Assembly (NCBI GenBank): GCA_050250895.1
Contig: JBFWNU010000007.1
Location: forward strand, 1 to 64,000
Source of the DNA: Vulcanimicrobiota bacterium
GTDB taxonomy: Bacteria; Vulcanimicrobiota; Xenobia; Xenobiales; JADMJV01
Length of the DNA stretch: 64,000 nucleotides
Reading direction: 5' to 3'
Shown here in pieces: positions 63,999 through 64,000 of this stretch (position 1 is its first letter; every line of letters starts with the position of its first letter). Under the pieces are notes generated by a model. That model did not search any database. It was not told where the DNA came from and saw only the letters and a list, made by a program, of their open reading frames with translations. Made by a program: the position numbers and the translations under genes.

Positions 63999-64000
63999 GA

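Overview
GC-rich bacterial chromosome segment, mostly housekeeping: carAB, pepF, dus, uvrA, leuS-cysS-rlmB-sigH followed by tRNA-Thr/Gln/Glu, an M16 peptidase pair, cmk-plsC-roxA-der-plsY, gatCA, and type IV pilus/T2SS genes (two PilC paralogues, two prepilins, two PilT-family ATPases). The Firmicutes-like synteny (cysS-rlmB-sigH, cmk-plsC-der-plsY) in a high-GC genome suggests a Terrabacteria lineage such as Ca. Eremiobacterota; this is inference only. No transposase, integrase, CRISPR array or rRNA was seen. The standout is a ~970-nt non-coding element (24673-25640) directly upstream of uvrA. It has its own sigma70-type promoter with an adjacent LexA-like box. It is tiled by about 30 short hairpins, mostly with UUCG/UNCG-type loops and with compensatory changes between repeated copies. 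Its 5' and 3' ends can pair, and that pairing competes with a terminator hairpin. It looks like a large, highly structured RNA that I cannot assign to a known family. Secondary points: a protein of 8 x 17-aa G/F/Q/P repeats next to a 2221-aa STAND-like NTPase-TPR protein, a hairpin array with constant linkers after gatA, an orphan Pycsar-effector-like gene, an orphan OleA, and a catalytically dead trypsin-like protein.
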